Positions 19,249-31,601 of a stretch of DNA of 64,000 bases are shown here, piece by piece (the stretch's first letter is position 1; every line of letters starts with the position of its first letter). Both the position numbers and the translations under genes were made by a program. Origin of the DNA: an uncultured Candidatus Binatia bacterium (GTDB lineage: Bacteria; Desulfobacterota; Binatia; UBA9968; JAJDTQ01); assembly GCA_965213675.1 (NCBI GenBank), contig OZ243916.1:1472001-1536000 (forward strand), read 5' to 3'. The notes below the pieces were generated by a model. The model saw only the letters and a program-made list of their open reading frames with translations, was not told the DNA's origin and made no database searches.

Positions 19249-21722
19249 GGATCGCCGCAATGCTGCTGTGCCTGCTCCCGGCACTGCCGGCCGTGGGCGC
19301 GGCTCAGGTCCGGGGCGACGCGCACCCGCGGATGCTGGACCCGCTGCACGGCTTCGAGCCCTTCGTTGCCACGGCCACCGCCGCGCGCTACTTCCCCGAC
19401 GGAATCGAAAAACGCGCGCGCCGCGCGCTGCTCGACGCCCTGGGCCGGCGCGGGTCGGGGCGGAGCGCGCGCGACATCGAGGAGCGGGACCGCGAACTGG
19501 TTGCAGGCGGCGTGAGGCCGAGCGGCCTGAGCCATGCCCTCCAGAATCTGCGCCACGCCGGCCTCGCCGGCCGCGACGCCTACCGGAAGGCGCTGCAAGA
19601 GGCCCTGGAAACCGCCTCCACCGGCGCGCGGCGCCGGTTTCTCCGCGCCCGCCTCGCCGAGGACGAGTTGGAACAGGCCGACGCGCTCGTGGCCGAAAGC
19701 GACATCGGCCGCTGGAATGAACGGCTGAACCGCCTGCTCGGCTCCGTGGATCTGATCGGGTGGGTGTCGGGTTCGTATCTCACCGCCGCCGTGGACACCG
19801 CCCTGGCCGAATTGTTCCGCGGCCGCGAGCCGCGCATGCCCGCCTCCGAGCGCAAGGCCCTGGTCCTGTACAAGCGTTTCCTCGCGCGTTTCCCTGACCA
19901 TCCCCAAGGCGACGCAGTGCAGCAGAAGGTCGCCGCCCTGGAAGCCAAGAAGACCGTCGTGTGGCTCCACCGGCACGATGCCCGGGCGGCCCCGGCATTG
20001 GCGGAAGGCCGGATCGACGACGCCGCGCTCCATGCCCGGCTGGCGGCCGCGGCGGCGCCGGAGGCCGCAGCCGTGAAGGAGCGGCTCCGGGAGATCGCAG
20101 CGGCGCGGCAGGCGCGCGACAAGGCGCGCCGTCAGGTCCACGCCGTGGCCGAGACGGACGACCTTGCCGGGTTGAATGCCGGGCAACGGAAGGACATTCG
20201 CGCGCTGCTCCACGCCCTGGTCCGGAAGGACGCCGCCGCGGCGCGGAAACAGGCGGAGACAATGGCGCGGCGCTACGCCGGCGAACGCCTGGAGGCCCTC
20301 GCCCGGGACGTCGCCGCCGTGGTCCTGGAGATGGAAGGCCGGCACGCAGACGCCAAGCGTACGCTCGCGGGCATCGCGCGCGCTGCGCCTTCCCAGCGCG
20401 CCCGCGAACGCGCGCGCATCCTGCTCGACAGTCCGGAATACAACCTTCGCGGCGCCCTGGACCGGGAACACGCGCGCTACCGCCTTTCGCAGGTGCGGTT
20501 CGCGCTCCTGGGAGAGAACTTCCTGGAAAAGAACGCCTTGATCGGGGCCGCGCCCATCATCACTCACGGGATCGCCGGGGCCGCCACGCTCGGCGCCGCC
20601 AACATGCTCATGGTGACGAGCAATCTACTGGAGATGCTCAGCGGCAATCCCGTGTCCAACCAGTCCGTGGTCGACGCAGCCGCCCGCGCCGTCCGCGCCC
20701 GGCCCGAGTCCGAGGAATCGGGAGACATCTACCAAGCGCTGGGCGACGCTTACAGCAGCCAGGGGCACCCGCACAAGGCGGTCCAGTACTACCACCTTTC
20801 CGGGACGACACCGGCGGACGAGATCCGGAAACTGGAGGAACAGGCCGCACGGACATTGGTGCGCGCCGCCGAGGGGACCGACGTCAAGGCGCGCCAGCGG
20901 TCACTCTACGCGGCGGTGCTGGCACGCTACCCCGAAACGCCCGCCGGCAAGGAGGCCAAGGGCCGGCTCGCGCGCCTGGCGGCGCCGGAGAATCGCGGGC
21001 TTCGGCTCAGCAAACAGTACCTTGCGGACAACCCCCGCCTGCACGGCCCCGAGGCATTGGGACTCAAGCCGGCTCTGTTCGACGGCAGCGTCCGCAACCT
21101 GGAGTTGTCCGAAGCCGGCGTCAACATCCTGGGCCGCGACGCGATCCTGCTGCACTACGACACCCCCTGGGGCGCGCTCACCCGCACCTACCCGGTGGCG
21201 CGGTCGCGCATCGAAGGCCTGGAGACACTGCTGCGGGAGAAACGCTACGCAATGGCCGCGCGCGCGGCTGGCGCCCCGGTGGGAGCGGAGGAGGTCGGGG
21301 TTTTCCCCGAGGACCTGATGCGCTTCGCGCCGCGCGAGCCGGAGGCCGACGCCTCCGACCTGGAGTTCATCCGCGAGACCGGCCGTGTCGCCCGCGACCG
21401 TTCCGCCATCCTCGACCATGAGATCCTGAGCGCAAAGGAGATCGACCCCCAGCGCGCCTACGGCCTGCCCGCGGTGCGCGGCAGCGTCACCGCCACGGGC
21501 GTCAGCGTACGCGCCGACGCGCCCGACTCCTTCCTGGCCGACGAGCTGATGGTGGGTAACGACGCCGTCAGCCCCTACGCCGGCTTCCGTCTGCCCGTGC
21601 CCCTCATCAAGGACTTCGTCCCCGTGGACTTCCTGCTCCGCGCCCGCCCCGGCCTCCCCTCCCTCACTCCTCAGATCCGCAATCCGGACACGTCGTTGGA
21701 CGACCTCCACCTGTATCGGTAA
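19245..21722 (+). CDS. Exported TPR-like hypothetical protein
   Basis: Signal peptide; LYKRFLARFPD and LARYPETP BamD/YbgF-like motifs; GTGA-coupled to the lipoprotein. Confidence 0.65.
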   Translation: MRIAAMLLCLLPALPAVGAAQVRGDAHPRMLDPLHGFEPFVATATAARYFPDGIEKRARRALLDALGRRGSGRSARDIEERDRELVAGGVRPSGLSHALQNLRHAGLAGRDAYRKALQEALETASTGARRRFLRARLAEDELEQADALVAESDIGRWNERLNRLLGSVDLIGWVSGSYLTAAVDTALAELFRGREPRMPASERKALVLYKRFLARFPDHPQGDAVQQKVAALEAKKTVVWLHRHDARAAPALAEGRIDDAALHARLAAAAAPEAAAVKERLREIAAARQARDKARRQVHAVAETDDLAGLNAGQRKDIRALLHALVRKDAAAARKQAETMARRYAGERLEALARDVAAVVLEMEGRHADAKRTLAGIARAAPSQRARERARILLDSPEYNLRGALDREHARYRLSQVRFALLGENFLEKNALIGAAPIITHGIAGAATLGAANMLMVTSNLLEMLSGNPVSNQSVVDAAARAVRARPESEESGDIYQALGDAYSSQGHPHKAVQYYHLSGTTPADEIRKLEEQAARTLVRAAEGTDVKARQRSLYAAVLARYPETPAGKEAKGRLARLAAPENRGLRLSKQYLADNPRLHGPEALGLKPALFDGSVRNLELSEAGVNILGRDAILLHYDTPWGALTRTYPVARSRIEGLETLLREKRYAMAARAAGAPVGAEEVGVFPEDLMRFAPREPEADASDLEFIRETGRVARDRSAILDHEILSAKEIDPQRAYGLPAVRGSVTATGVSVRADAPDSFLADELMVGNDAVSPYAGFRLPVPLIKDFVPVDFLLRARPGLPSLTPQIRNPDTSLDDLHLYR

Positions 21723-21742
21723 GCTTGGCGCACCAAACGCAA

Positions 21743-21900
21743 GTGTCGTGTCCCGTAAATTACTGCGACAAGTTGCGCAGGATTTTTGTTGCGTGCAAGG
21801 CGCGATGACGAGCAGTGGCGGACACCACGCGAGGAAGCGCCACGCAGCCGACGGCGAAAAAGACCCGCAAATTATCGCGATAATTTACGGGACACGACAC
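21743..21900 (+). mobile_element. ~160-bp hairpin MITE-like element, family A copy 1
   Basis: IR GTGTCGTGTCCCGTAAATTA/TAATTTACGGGACACGACAC; core GCGCGATGACGAGCAGTGG..CCACGCGAGGAAG shared with three other copies. Confidence 0.8.
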
Positions 21901-21935
21901 CAGGACCGTTTCAGCGCAAACCGCAGGAGGAAACC

Positions 21936-22328
21936 ATGAGAACCGAAATTGCGCCCAAGAGCATTCCCGACCCCCGCCCGCGCTACACCCAGGGCATCCT
22001 GGCGGAAGGCAAGCGCCTGCTCTTCATCGCCGGCCAGACCGGGGTGGACGCCGACAACAACGTCGTCGGCAAGGGCGACGCCGGCGCCCAGGCCGAACAG
22101 GTCCTCAAGAACATGAAGGCGGTGCTCGACGAGGCCGGCGCCAGCTTTGCCGACATCGTCAAGATCACCACCTACATCACCGACCCGCGCTTTCGCGACG
22201 CCCTCACGCCGGCGCGAAGCAAGTACTTCGGCGCCAACCCGCCCGCCAGCACCCTGGTGGTGGTCAGCGGCCTCGCCAGCCCCGACTACCTCGTGGAGAT
22301 CGAAGCCATCGCGGTACTGCCGGACTGA
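21936..22328 (+). CDS. RidA/YjgF-family protein
   Basis: LFIAGQ, NMKAVL, PASTLV, LVEIEAIA; AGGAGG RBS. Confidence 0.9.
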   Translation: MRTEIAPKSIPDPRPRYTQGILAEGKRLLFIAGQTGVDADNNVVGKGDAGAQAEQVLKNMKAVLDEAGASFADIVKITTYITDPRFRDALTPARSKYFGANPPASTLVVVSGLASPDYLVEIEAIAVLPD

Positions 22329-22377
22329 TCCGCCTCCCGTCGCGGATCATTGCGGAGGTGTTGGAAAAACGGGCCGT

Positions 22378-22411
22378 GCTCCTGGATCAAGGGCAACCTT
22401 GATCCAGGAGC
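22378..22411. terminator. Perfect 15-bp hairpin between convergent genes
   Basis: GCTCCTGGATCAAGG-gcaa-CCTTGATCCAGGAGC; no T run. Confidence 0.5.
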
Positions 22412-22419
22412 CTGTCAGG

Positions 22420-23586
22420 TCACGGCTTGACGATCAGCGACGGCTCCTCCGCCGCCTCCTGCTTTTCCTGTTCCTTGAACAGGCCGACGCTGCGCATCAC
22501 GAGGGCTTCGAGCAGCGGCGCGCCAAGGTTTCCGAGGTCGCGGCGGCGGATGGCCAGGGCGACGCGCAGGGTCTGCCGGGCCTGGTCTTCCCGGCCGGAG
22601 GCGTGGAGGTGAAGGGCGGCGTCCGCAAAGCGGGCTTCGAAGACTGGCGCGGTGTCATCGGTGAGGAAGATGCCCTGGACGGCCTCCCGCAGGACCCCCC
22701 GGAAACGCTCTTCCTTCTGCATGGGGTTGAGCACGATTCGGCTCTGCTCGGTCTCGTCCAGGCGCGAGAGCCAAGGCTCCACCAGTTCCTTGTCCACGAA
22801 CCATGTGCGCAACTCCGCGTCTTCCAGGAGCTTGTCGGAGACTTCCGAGAGGGCGACGGCTTCGACACCTTGGGCGTTCATGGCATCGAAGACCGGATGG
22901 GCGCGCTCGGCGGGCTTGACGGTGGTGAGGCGGCTGCGCAGGACGGGATAGTCTGTGACCCCCTCGCCCGGCGTGTCCTTCACCTTCTGGTAGGCGTCGT
23001 GCACCAGCCAGTCGGCGTACTCCCACGGCACCGGCGTGACGGAGACGCCCACCTCGGCCTTCATCTCCTCCATCATCTGTCGCAACTCCTTGCGCCGGAT
23101 GACGGTGCCGCCCAGCCGTTCGAGTCCGCGGCGGTCGTTCAGGGCCGCCTGCAACACCATGAGTCCGCCGAGTTGCGGGCGCGCCAGCATCACCATGCGG
23201 GAGCCGGCTCCGGTGACGGAGGAAAGGTAACCCTCTATCTCCGGGGCGAGGCTGAAGGTCGTACCGGTCGCCTCCCCCTGCGCTGCCTCCGGCTCGGCCG
23301 CCGCCAGGCCGGCCTGAGCCAGCTTGAACAACGAGCGGCGGATCTCGCGCCGGACTTCCTTGTGGCCCGCGCGCGGCTCCAGAACCTTGAGCGCATCCAC
23401 CGATGCGGCGTCGCGGATGCGGCCCAAGACGTTGGCAGCCGCCAGGGAAACCGCGGGGTCGGGGCCGAACCGTTGAACCAGCGCTTCCACCACGGTCGCG
23501 TCCGGCGACTGGGTCGCCAGTCCTTCCTGCCGCAGCACGTTCATGCCGTCGCGCATGAGCTTCTGTCGCGGATTCTGCTTGGCCAT
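22420..23586 (-). CDS. Hypothetical protein with HEAT-like repeat
   Basis: AANVLGRI..KEVRREIRRSLFKL; strong GC3 codon bias; start at MAKQNP. Confidence 0.7.
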   Translation of the reverse strand: MAKQNPRQKLMRDGMNVLRQEGLATQSPDATVVEALVQRFGPDPAVSLAAANVLGRIRDAASVDALKVLEPRAGHKEVRREIRRSLFKLAQAGLAAAEPEAAQGEATGTTFSLAPEIEGYLSSVTGAGSRMVMLARPQLGGLMVLQAALNDRRGLERLGGTVIRRKELRQMMEEMKAEVGVSVTPVPWEYADWLVHDAYQKVKDTPGEGVTDYPVLRSRLTTVKPAERAHPVFDAMNAQGVEAVALSEVSDKLLEDAELRTWFVDKELVEPWLSRLDETEQSRIVLNPMQKEERFRGVLREAVQGIFLTDDTAPVFEARFADAALHLHASGREDQARQTLRVALAIRRRDLGNLGAPLLEALVMRSVGLFKEQEKQEAAEEPSLIVKP

Positions 23587-24002
23587 CGTGTACTCTTGCC
23601 ACACGGGAGCGCGTTTTCCAACGAGCGAACGCCAGGACTCGCTGGATGCCCCGGCGATCGGCAATGCGGACTCGAACACGCCCACCCTGTGCGCGATCAA
23701 GTATTGACTTGCCTTGCCCTGCCCGCTAATTCAGATGGAGCAACGGACGCAACGCAGCCCCTGATCCTTTCTTCGCGCTTCCGCAATTTCCGAGCGAGCT
23801 TCCCGAGCGGGCGCCGCGCTCGCCGCGGATGCGGTAGCAGCGCACCCGACGCCGTGACCGGCGCCATGACTCCTCCCGCCCGGTCCCAACGCATTGGGAG
23901 ACCCCAGCGGTCGGTCCAGGGCGAGCCTGCCGGCCGCGGAAGGATGCAAGGGCGGGCCAGACTCCCAGACAAACACCCTCAACGCTTTTCCAGGAGGCAC
24001 CC

Positions 24003-24791
24003 ATGGCAGACGGCACCATCGAACAGACCACCGCAGACGGCATCTCGATCATCGAGCTGAACCACCCGCCGGTCAACTCGTATACGCACGAGATGTTGCG
24101 CGAGCTGGACGACGCGCTCATCAAGGCGCGTTTCGACGACGACACCCACGTCATCGTCCTCACCGGCAAGGGCGACAAGTTCTTCTCGGCGGGGGCCGAC
24201 ATCAACATGCTCGGCAGCCAGACCCTGTCCTACAAGGCCAACTTCGCGCTGCACGGCCACGAGGTGCTGATGCGCATGGAGAACACCCCCAAGCTGGTGA
24301 TCGCGGCCATGAACGGCCACGCCATCGGCGGCGGCCTCGAAATCTCCATGGCCGCGGATATCCGCATCGCCAAACGGGACGGCGGCCGGGTGGGCCTGGC
24401 GGAAGTGAACCTGGGCGTCATGCCGGGCATGGGCGGCACCCAGCGCCTGCCGCGCCTGGTGGGCCGGGCAAAGGCCCTGGAGCTGTGCGCCACCGGCAAG
24501 CAGGTGGCTTACGATGAAGCGCTGGACATGGGCCTCGTGCATTACATCTACGAACGCGACACCTTCCTGCAGGACGTCATGGCCTACGCGAAGCAGTTCG
24601 TGCCGCCCAACAAGGCGAGCATGGCCGTGGGCAAGATCAAGCGCGCGGTCCACGCGGGAATCGATATGCCGCTGCCCGAGGGGCTGGCGTTCGAACGCGA
24701 GGTGCTCACCCAGACCTTCGCCAGCGAAGACGGCAACGAGGGCGTGGCGGCGTACCTCGCCAAACGCACGGCCAAGTTCCAGGGTCTTTAG
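24003..24791 (+). CDS. Enoyl-CoA hydratase/isomerase
   Basis: FSAGADI, GGGLE, LAEVNLG..PG.GGTQRL. Confidence 0.92.
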   Translation: MADGTIEQTTADGISIIELNHPPVNSYTHEMLRELDDALIKARFDDDTHVIVLTGKGDKFFSAGADINMLGSQTLSYKANFALHGHEVLMRMENTPKLVIAAMNGHAIGGGLEISMAADIRIAKRDGGRVGLAEVNLGVMPGMGGTQRLPRLVGRAKALELCATGKQVAYDEALDMGLVHYIYERDTFLQDVMAYAKQFVPPNKASMAVGKIKRAVHAGIDMPLPEGLAFEREVLTQTFASEDGNEGVAAYLAKRTAKFQGL

Positions 24792-24954
24792 GGACACTCG
24801 CATCCATGGAAACCGCGCCTTTCGCCAAGAACGCGCCCCGTGAACACCAAGGGCGCCCATGGAGCGGAGATTCCCTGGAAGACAACAGGGTCCTCTCTCG
24901 GCGACGCGGCCAAGCGACCGGCCCACACACACAACAACCATCCGGAGGTATCGA

Positions 24955-26412
24955 ATGTCCAAGCTGTTGATCGGCGGCGAGCTCGTCGACCCCGTGAAGA
25001 AGGAAACCTACGAAGTACGCAACCCGGCCACGGGCGCATTGGTGGACCACGCGGCCAAGGGATCCGAAGAGGACGTCCGTCAAGCCGTGGACGCCGCCGA
25101 GGCGGCTTTCAGGCAATGGTCCGACACCACCGCGGAGGACCGCGGCAAGGCGCTGGAGAGCGCCTGTGAACTGATCCAGCAGCGCAGCAAGGACATCGCG
25201 CAGCTCTTGACCCAGGAGCAGGGCAAGACCCTGTTCGAGGCCGGACTGGAGATCCACCACCTGATCCATGGCCTGGAGTTCTACGCGGGGCTCGCTTCCA
25301 AGGTGCGCGGCTCCCACGTGCCGCTGCCGCAGAAGAACGCCTACGGCATGGTGGTGCGCCAACCCATCGGCGTGTGCGGCGCCATCGTGCCGTGGAACTT
25401 TCCGCTGACCCTCATGGGCACCAAGGTGGGGCCGGCGCTGGCCGCGGGCAACACCATCATCGTGAAGCCCGCCTCCACGACGCCGCTGGCCACGGCCCTG
25501 TGCATGGAGTTGATCGCGCAGGCCACCTACGCCGGCGGCAAGAAGAGCCTGCCTGCGGGCACGGTGAACTTCGTCAGCGGACCGGGCGGCTCGGTGGGCG
25601 AGGAACTGCTGGCGAACCCGCGCATCCGCCGCATCGCCTTCACCGGCTCCACCCCCATCGGGCGCCACGTCATGGAAGTGGCCGGCCGGGAGATCAAGCG
25701 GGTCACCCTGGAGCTGGGCGGCAGCGACCCCATGATCGTCATGGAAGACGCCAACGTCGACCTGGCGGTGAAGATGGCGGACATCGGACGCTACTTCAAC
25801 TGCGGCCAGATGTGCCTGGGGGTCAAGCGGTTGTTCGTGCACGAGTCCGTCGCCGACGACTTCGTCGGCAAGCTCGCCGCGGCGCTGCAGAAGAAGACCG
25901 TGGGCGACGGCATGAAGAAGGAGAGCCGCATGGGGCCGCTCCATGTCGGCTACCAGCGCACCGAGGTGGAGGAGCAGGTGGAGGACGCCAAGGCGCGCGG
26001 CGCCAAGGCGGTGGCGGGCGGCGCCCGGCCGGAAGGCGACGAGTTCCGGAACGGTCACTTCTACCTGCCGACGCTGCTCACCGACGTACCCGACGACGCG
26101 CGCATCGCCACCGAGGAGTGCTTCGGCCCGGCCCTGCCGGTGTTTACCTTCAAGGACATCGACGAGGCCATCGAGCGCGCCAACGCCTCGGAGTTCGGTC
26201 TGGGCTCGTCCATCTGGACCAGCAACATGGGCTATGCCAACAAGGCCATCGACAGGCTCGAAGCGGGCAACGTATGGGTCAATTCCCTCCACTACGGCTA
26301 TGACGAATTGCCCTTCGGCGGCGTCAAGTCCAGCGGCGTGGGCCGCGAGCACGGACCGGAGGCCCTGGACTACTACCTCGAGCCCAAGGGCGTGGTGGTG
26401 GTCAACGTCTAG
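24955..26412 (+). CDS. Aldehyde dehydrogenase
   Basis: PWNFP, FTGST, LELGG, NCGQMC, EECFGP, PFGGVKSSG. Confidence 0.94.
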   Translation: MSKLLIGGELVDPVKKETYEVRNPATGALVDHAAKGSEEDVRQAVDAAEAAFRQWSDTTAEDRGKALESACELIQQRSKDIAQLLTQEQGKTLFEAGLEIHHLIHGLEFYAGLASKVRGSHVPLPQKNAYGMVVRQPIGVCGAIVPWNFPLTLMGTKVGPALAAGNTIIVKPASTTPLATALCMELIAQATYAGGKKSLPAGTVNFVSGPGGSVGEELLANPRIRRIAFTGSTPIGRHVMEVAGREIKRVTLELGGSDPMIVMEDANVDLAVKMADIGRYFNCGQMCLGVKRLFVHESVADDFVGKLAAALQKKTVGDGMKKESRMGPLHVGYQRTEVEEQVEDAKARGAKAVAGGARPEGDEFRNGHFYLPTLLTDVPDDARIATEECFGPALPVFTFKDIDEAIERANASEFGLGSSIWTSNMGYANKAIDRLEAGNVWVNSLHYGYDELPFGGVKSSGVGREHGPEALDYYLEPKGVVVVNV

Positions 26413-26491
26413 GGACGTCCGGGTCCCGCCGCCCTGAACGGGTGCCACTGCGACGCGGCGGCACCCGTTTTCGCGTGAACGCGAGCCGCCG

Positions 26492-28276
<1,785 letters not shown>

Positions 28277-28470
28277 GCGACGCACCGACCCCGCACGGAC
28301 AGCACCTTCCAGGGTTCGAGGGGATCACCCGCCCTGCGGCCTTTTTCCAGGCTTCCGGTCATCGCGCTGCGAATTCGGAAGTCCCGGTCCGGTGAGTCTT
28401 GACACAGCCCGTTCCGCGGGCAACGGCGAACGCGGGAACGGCTGTTCCGTGTTCGTCGCGGCGCGGTGAA

Positions 28471-29832
28471 CTACGACGAAGGAGCCTCGATGGCGCGGAA
28501 CACCGCGTCGCGCACCTTGTCGTAGTCGGCGGGGACTTCGATGGGGGTATTGGGGTGCCGGGAGGTCACTTCCTCCAGGCGCCCCTCGTGGTACTTGATC
28601 TTGAACTCGGGGAATTTGAGGCCGTTGGCGGTGGAGATGACCACCACGCGGTGGTGCTTGCCGATGACGCCGCGGTCCACCAGTTTGAACAGGGCGGCCA
28701 GGGCCACGCCCGTGTGGGGACAGTTGAACAGGCCGGTGCGGTCGGCGCGGGCGGCGGCATCCGCCAACTCGTCCTCGGTGGCCTGCTCCACCACGCCATC
28801 GAAGTACTGCAGGGCGCGGATGGCCTTCCTGACGCTCACCGGGTTGCCGATCTGGATGGCGCTGGCCAGGGTGGGCCGGGCCTGCACGGGCTCGAACTCG
28901 TCGAAGCCGTTGAGATAGCTCAGATACAGCGGGTTGGCGCGCTCGGCCTGGGCGCAGGCGATGCGCGGCAGCTTGGAGATCATGCCCAGGTCGTGCATGA
29001 GCTTGAACCCCTTGCCCAGGGCGCTGACATTGCCCAGGTTGCCGCCGGGGATGATGACCCAGTCGGGCACCTGCCAGTCGAACTGCTGCGCCAACTCCAT
29101 GCTGACGGTCTTCTGGCCCTCCACCCGAAGGGAGTTCATGGAGTTGGCCAGGTAGATGTTGTGGCGCGTACACAGCTCCCGCACCAAGGCCATGCAGCCG
29201 TCGAAGTCGCTGTCGATGGCCAGGGTGACGGCGCCGTGGGCGATGGGCTGGATGAGTTGCGCCACCGAGACCTTGTTCCGGGGCAGGAACACGATGGCGC
29301 GGATGCCCGCCGCCGCGCAGTAGGCGGCCAGAGCGGCGGAGGTGTCGCCGGTGGAAGCGCAGGCCACCGCGGGGATATCCACCCCTTCCGATATCATCTG
29401 GCGCACCATGGACACGAGCACGGTCATGCCCAGGTCCTTGAAGGAGCCGGTGTGGCTGTTGCCGCACAGCTTGACCCAGAGGTCCTCGACGCCGATCTCC
29501 TGGCCCAGGCGCTCCGCCCAGAAGAGGTTGCTGCCCCCCTCCAGGGTCGATACGACGTTGGTGTCCGCCACGTCTGGACAGACCATCTCGCGCTTGCCCC
29601 AGACCGAGCTGCCATAGGGCCACTGGTTGCACATCAAGCGCTGGTCGAAGAGGTCGCGCCAGTATTGCGGCGTCTTCTTCCGCAGCAACTCCAGGTCATG
29701 GCGCACCTCCAGGAGATTGCCGCAGCGCGGGCACGCGTAGATGATCTCGGTGAGACCATAGCGGCCCGGACAGCCGGCGATGCACTGAAACCACGCCCTG
29801 TAGAGATCGGAGGAAATCGCCTGCGCCTGCAT
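28471..29832 (-). CDS. thrC: Threonine synthase
   Basis: [36 protein letters not shown] (plant/cyanobacteria-like clade). Confidence 0.9.
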   Translation of the reverse strand: MQAQAISSDLYRAWFQCIAGCPGRYGLTEIIYACPRCGNLLEVRHDLELLRKKTPQYWRDLFDQRLMCNQWPYGSSVWGKREMVCPDVADTNVVSTLEGGSNLFWAERLGQEIGVEDLWVKLCGNSHTGSFKDLGMTVLVSMVRQMISEGVDIPAVACASTGDTSAALAAYCAAAGIRAIVFLPRNKVSVAQLIQPIAHGAVTLAIDSDFDGCMALVRELCTRHNIYLANSMNSLRVEGQKTVSMELAQQFDWQVPDWVIIPGGNLGNVSALGKGFKLMHDLGMISKLPRIACAQAERANPLYLSYLNGFDEFEPVQARPTLASAIQIGNPVSVRKAIRALQYFDGVVEQATEDELADAAARADRTGLFNCPHTGVALAALFKLVDRGVIGKHHRVVVISTANGLKFPEFKIKYHEGRLEEVTSRHPNTPIEVPADYDKVRDAVFRAIEAPSS

Positions 29833-29856
29833 GACTTGTCCTCTACTGCCTGCCTG

Positions 29857-30017
29857 GGAGCCTGTCGGGTTTATCGAATTGTAGCGAGAGGCAGAGAAAT
29901 GGAGGCCAGTTTCGGGCGGATTTGAGGAGAATATTGGTAATATTGGACGAAAATCCAACCGGAAATGGACCCATTTCCCTGCCTCGCAGTAGATTCTTGA
30001 TAAACCCGACAGGCTCC
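29857..30017 (+). mobile_element. ~160-bp hairpin MITE-like element, family B copy 1
   Basis: IR GGAGCCTGTCGGGTTTATC/GATAAACCCGACAGGCTCC; core GGATTT-GAGGAG-AATA..TATT-GGACGA-AAATCC. Confidence 0.78.
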
Positions 30018-30095
30018 CAGGGCCGGCGCAAGGCCACGGAGCCCATTCGACGCCCCTGGAAGCCTGCGGCGCAGGCTCCTGGGATCTGGCGCCGA

Positions 30096-31592
30096 CTACT
30101 GGCGGATGGCCGCGTTCTGCTCTGTGCTCGGAAACACCAGCGATTTGATGACCACGGGCACCGCGCCGGACGAGGGAATCAGCGCCCCCACGTCGATGTA
30201 GTCAAACTCCTGCAGGGCGATGCCGTCCACCGAGATGATGGGCTTGTCGAGCTTCATCTCCTCCTTGAAGTGCAGGCCGATGATGCCGCCGATGTCGCCG
30301 TCGTTGACCAGGAGCAGCGGATGCCCCTGCTCCAGCACCGGCTTGAGGCCCTCCACCACCGCCCCGCAGAAGCCCTGCAGCCGGGCGAAAGTCGCCGACC
30401 CTTCCCAGTGGAACGCCAGCGCCACGGGCTGGCGGCCGTCCCGCAAATCCAACCGCCTGAGCGCGTTGTCGATGGCGCCGACGACCTTGGCCGGATCGAT
30501 GTCGTCCTCCCATTCGAAATCGATGCGCACCACCGGAACGTTTCGCACCGGCACGGCATCCGCGGGGGAAATGAAAATGGTGCTGCCGCTGACCTGGATG
30601 GTGTACTGAGAAGCGCCGATGACGGTGGCGCGGATGCGCGCCGCCGGCTCCAGAATGGGAACGCCCAGGCTCTCCACCCGCCGGCGGATCTCCCGGCCCA
30701 GCATCGCGCCCATGTCGCCGAAGCCGTCGCCGGCGTGACCATAGATGAACTCGGACACGCCGCCCGAGAAGGTTACGGCGTCGATCTTGCCGCGATACGA
30801 CAGCGGCGGGAGCCGCAGCAATTCCCGGGTCTCGCCGGTCAACTCCTGCTGGTTCACCACCTCGAACAGCCGATCCGCCATCTCCGAGGCAATGGCCTCC
30901 AGGGTCTGCTCGTTCAGGACCTGGCCCAACTCCAGATCGACGCCCACCTTGGCGCCGTGACGCCGGCCCGCCTCTTCCACCCGCACCACCGTGTTGGCGC
31001 CGTCCATGGCCAGGAGCCGCGCGCCCACGTCGATGGCGCTGACCTCGCGCACACGACCGCCCGCGCACACCGCGATCTTGCTGGTGCCGCCGCCCACGTC
31101 GATGTTGAGCACCACCGCGTCCTCACTCCCCGAACGCGCCGCCGCACCGGAGCCGTGGGCGGCCATGGTGGTCTCGAGTCCGTCGCCGGCCGTCACCGAC
31201 ACGAACCGGCCCGCCTCGGCGGCGAACAACTCGGCGATGGCGCGTGAATTGCGCCGCCGCACCGCCACGCCCGTGAGGATCAGCGCACCGGTGTCCACGT
31301 CCTCGCGCTTGAGCGCCGCGCGCTCGTACTGCTGGTTGATGAAGCGCTCCAGACGCTCCATGTCGATGGTAAGGTCGTCGGTGTAGGGCGTGAGCAGAAT
31401 CTCCGATTCGCTCAGCACGGTGCGCTTCTTGACGACGTACCGGGTGCCTTCCTGGCTCAGCTCAAGGCGCGAGAACACCAGGTGGGACGTGGACGAACCG
31501 ATGTCCACGCCCACGCTGGTGAGCTTGATCTCGTCCTCGTCAACGATGTGCCTGCCGGAACCGGTGAAACCAAGGGAGCCTGCGTCCGCCAC
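30096..31592 (-). CDS. EutA-like ASKHA ATPase (reactivating-factor family)
   Basis: [39 protein letters not shown]. Confidence 0.85.
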   Translation of the reverse strand: MADAGSLGFTGSGRHIVDEDEIKLTSVGVDIGSSTSHLVFSRLELSQEGTRYVVKKRTVLSESEILLTPYTDDLTIDMERLERFINQQYERAALKREDVDTGALILTGVAVRRRNSRAIAELFAAEAGRFVSVTAGDGLETTMAAHGSGAAARSGSEDAVVLNIDVGGGTSKIAVCAGGRVREVSAIDVGARLLAMDGANTVVRVEEAGRRHGAKVGVDLELGQVLNEQTLEAIASEMADRLFEVVNQQELTGETRELLRLPPLSYRGKIDAVTFSGGVSEFIYGHAGDGFGDMGAMLGREIRRRVESLGVPILEPAARIRATVIGASQYTIQVSGSTIFISPADAVPVRNVPVVRIDFEWEDDIDPAKVVGAIDNALRRLDLRDGRQPVALAFHWEGSATFARLQGFCGAVVEGLKPVLEQGHPLLLVNDGDIGGIIGLHFKEEMKLDKPIISVDGIALQEFDYIDVGALIPSSGAVPVVIKSLVFPSTEQNAAIRQ

Positions 31593-31601
31593 GAAAGACC
31601 C

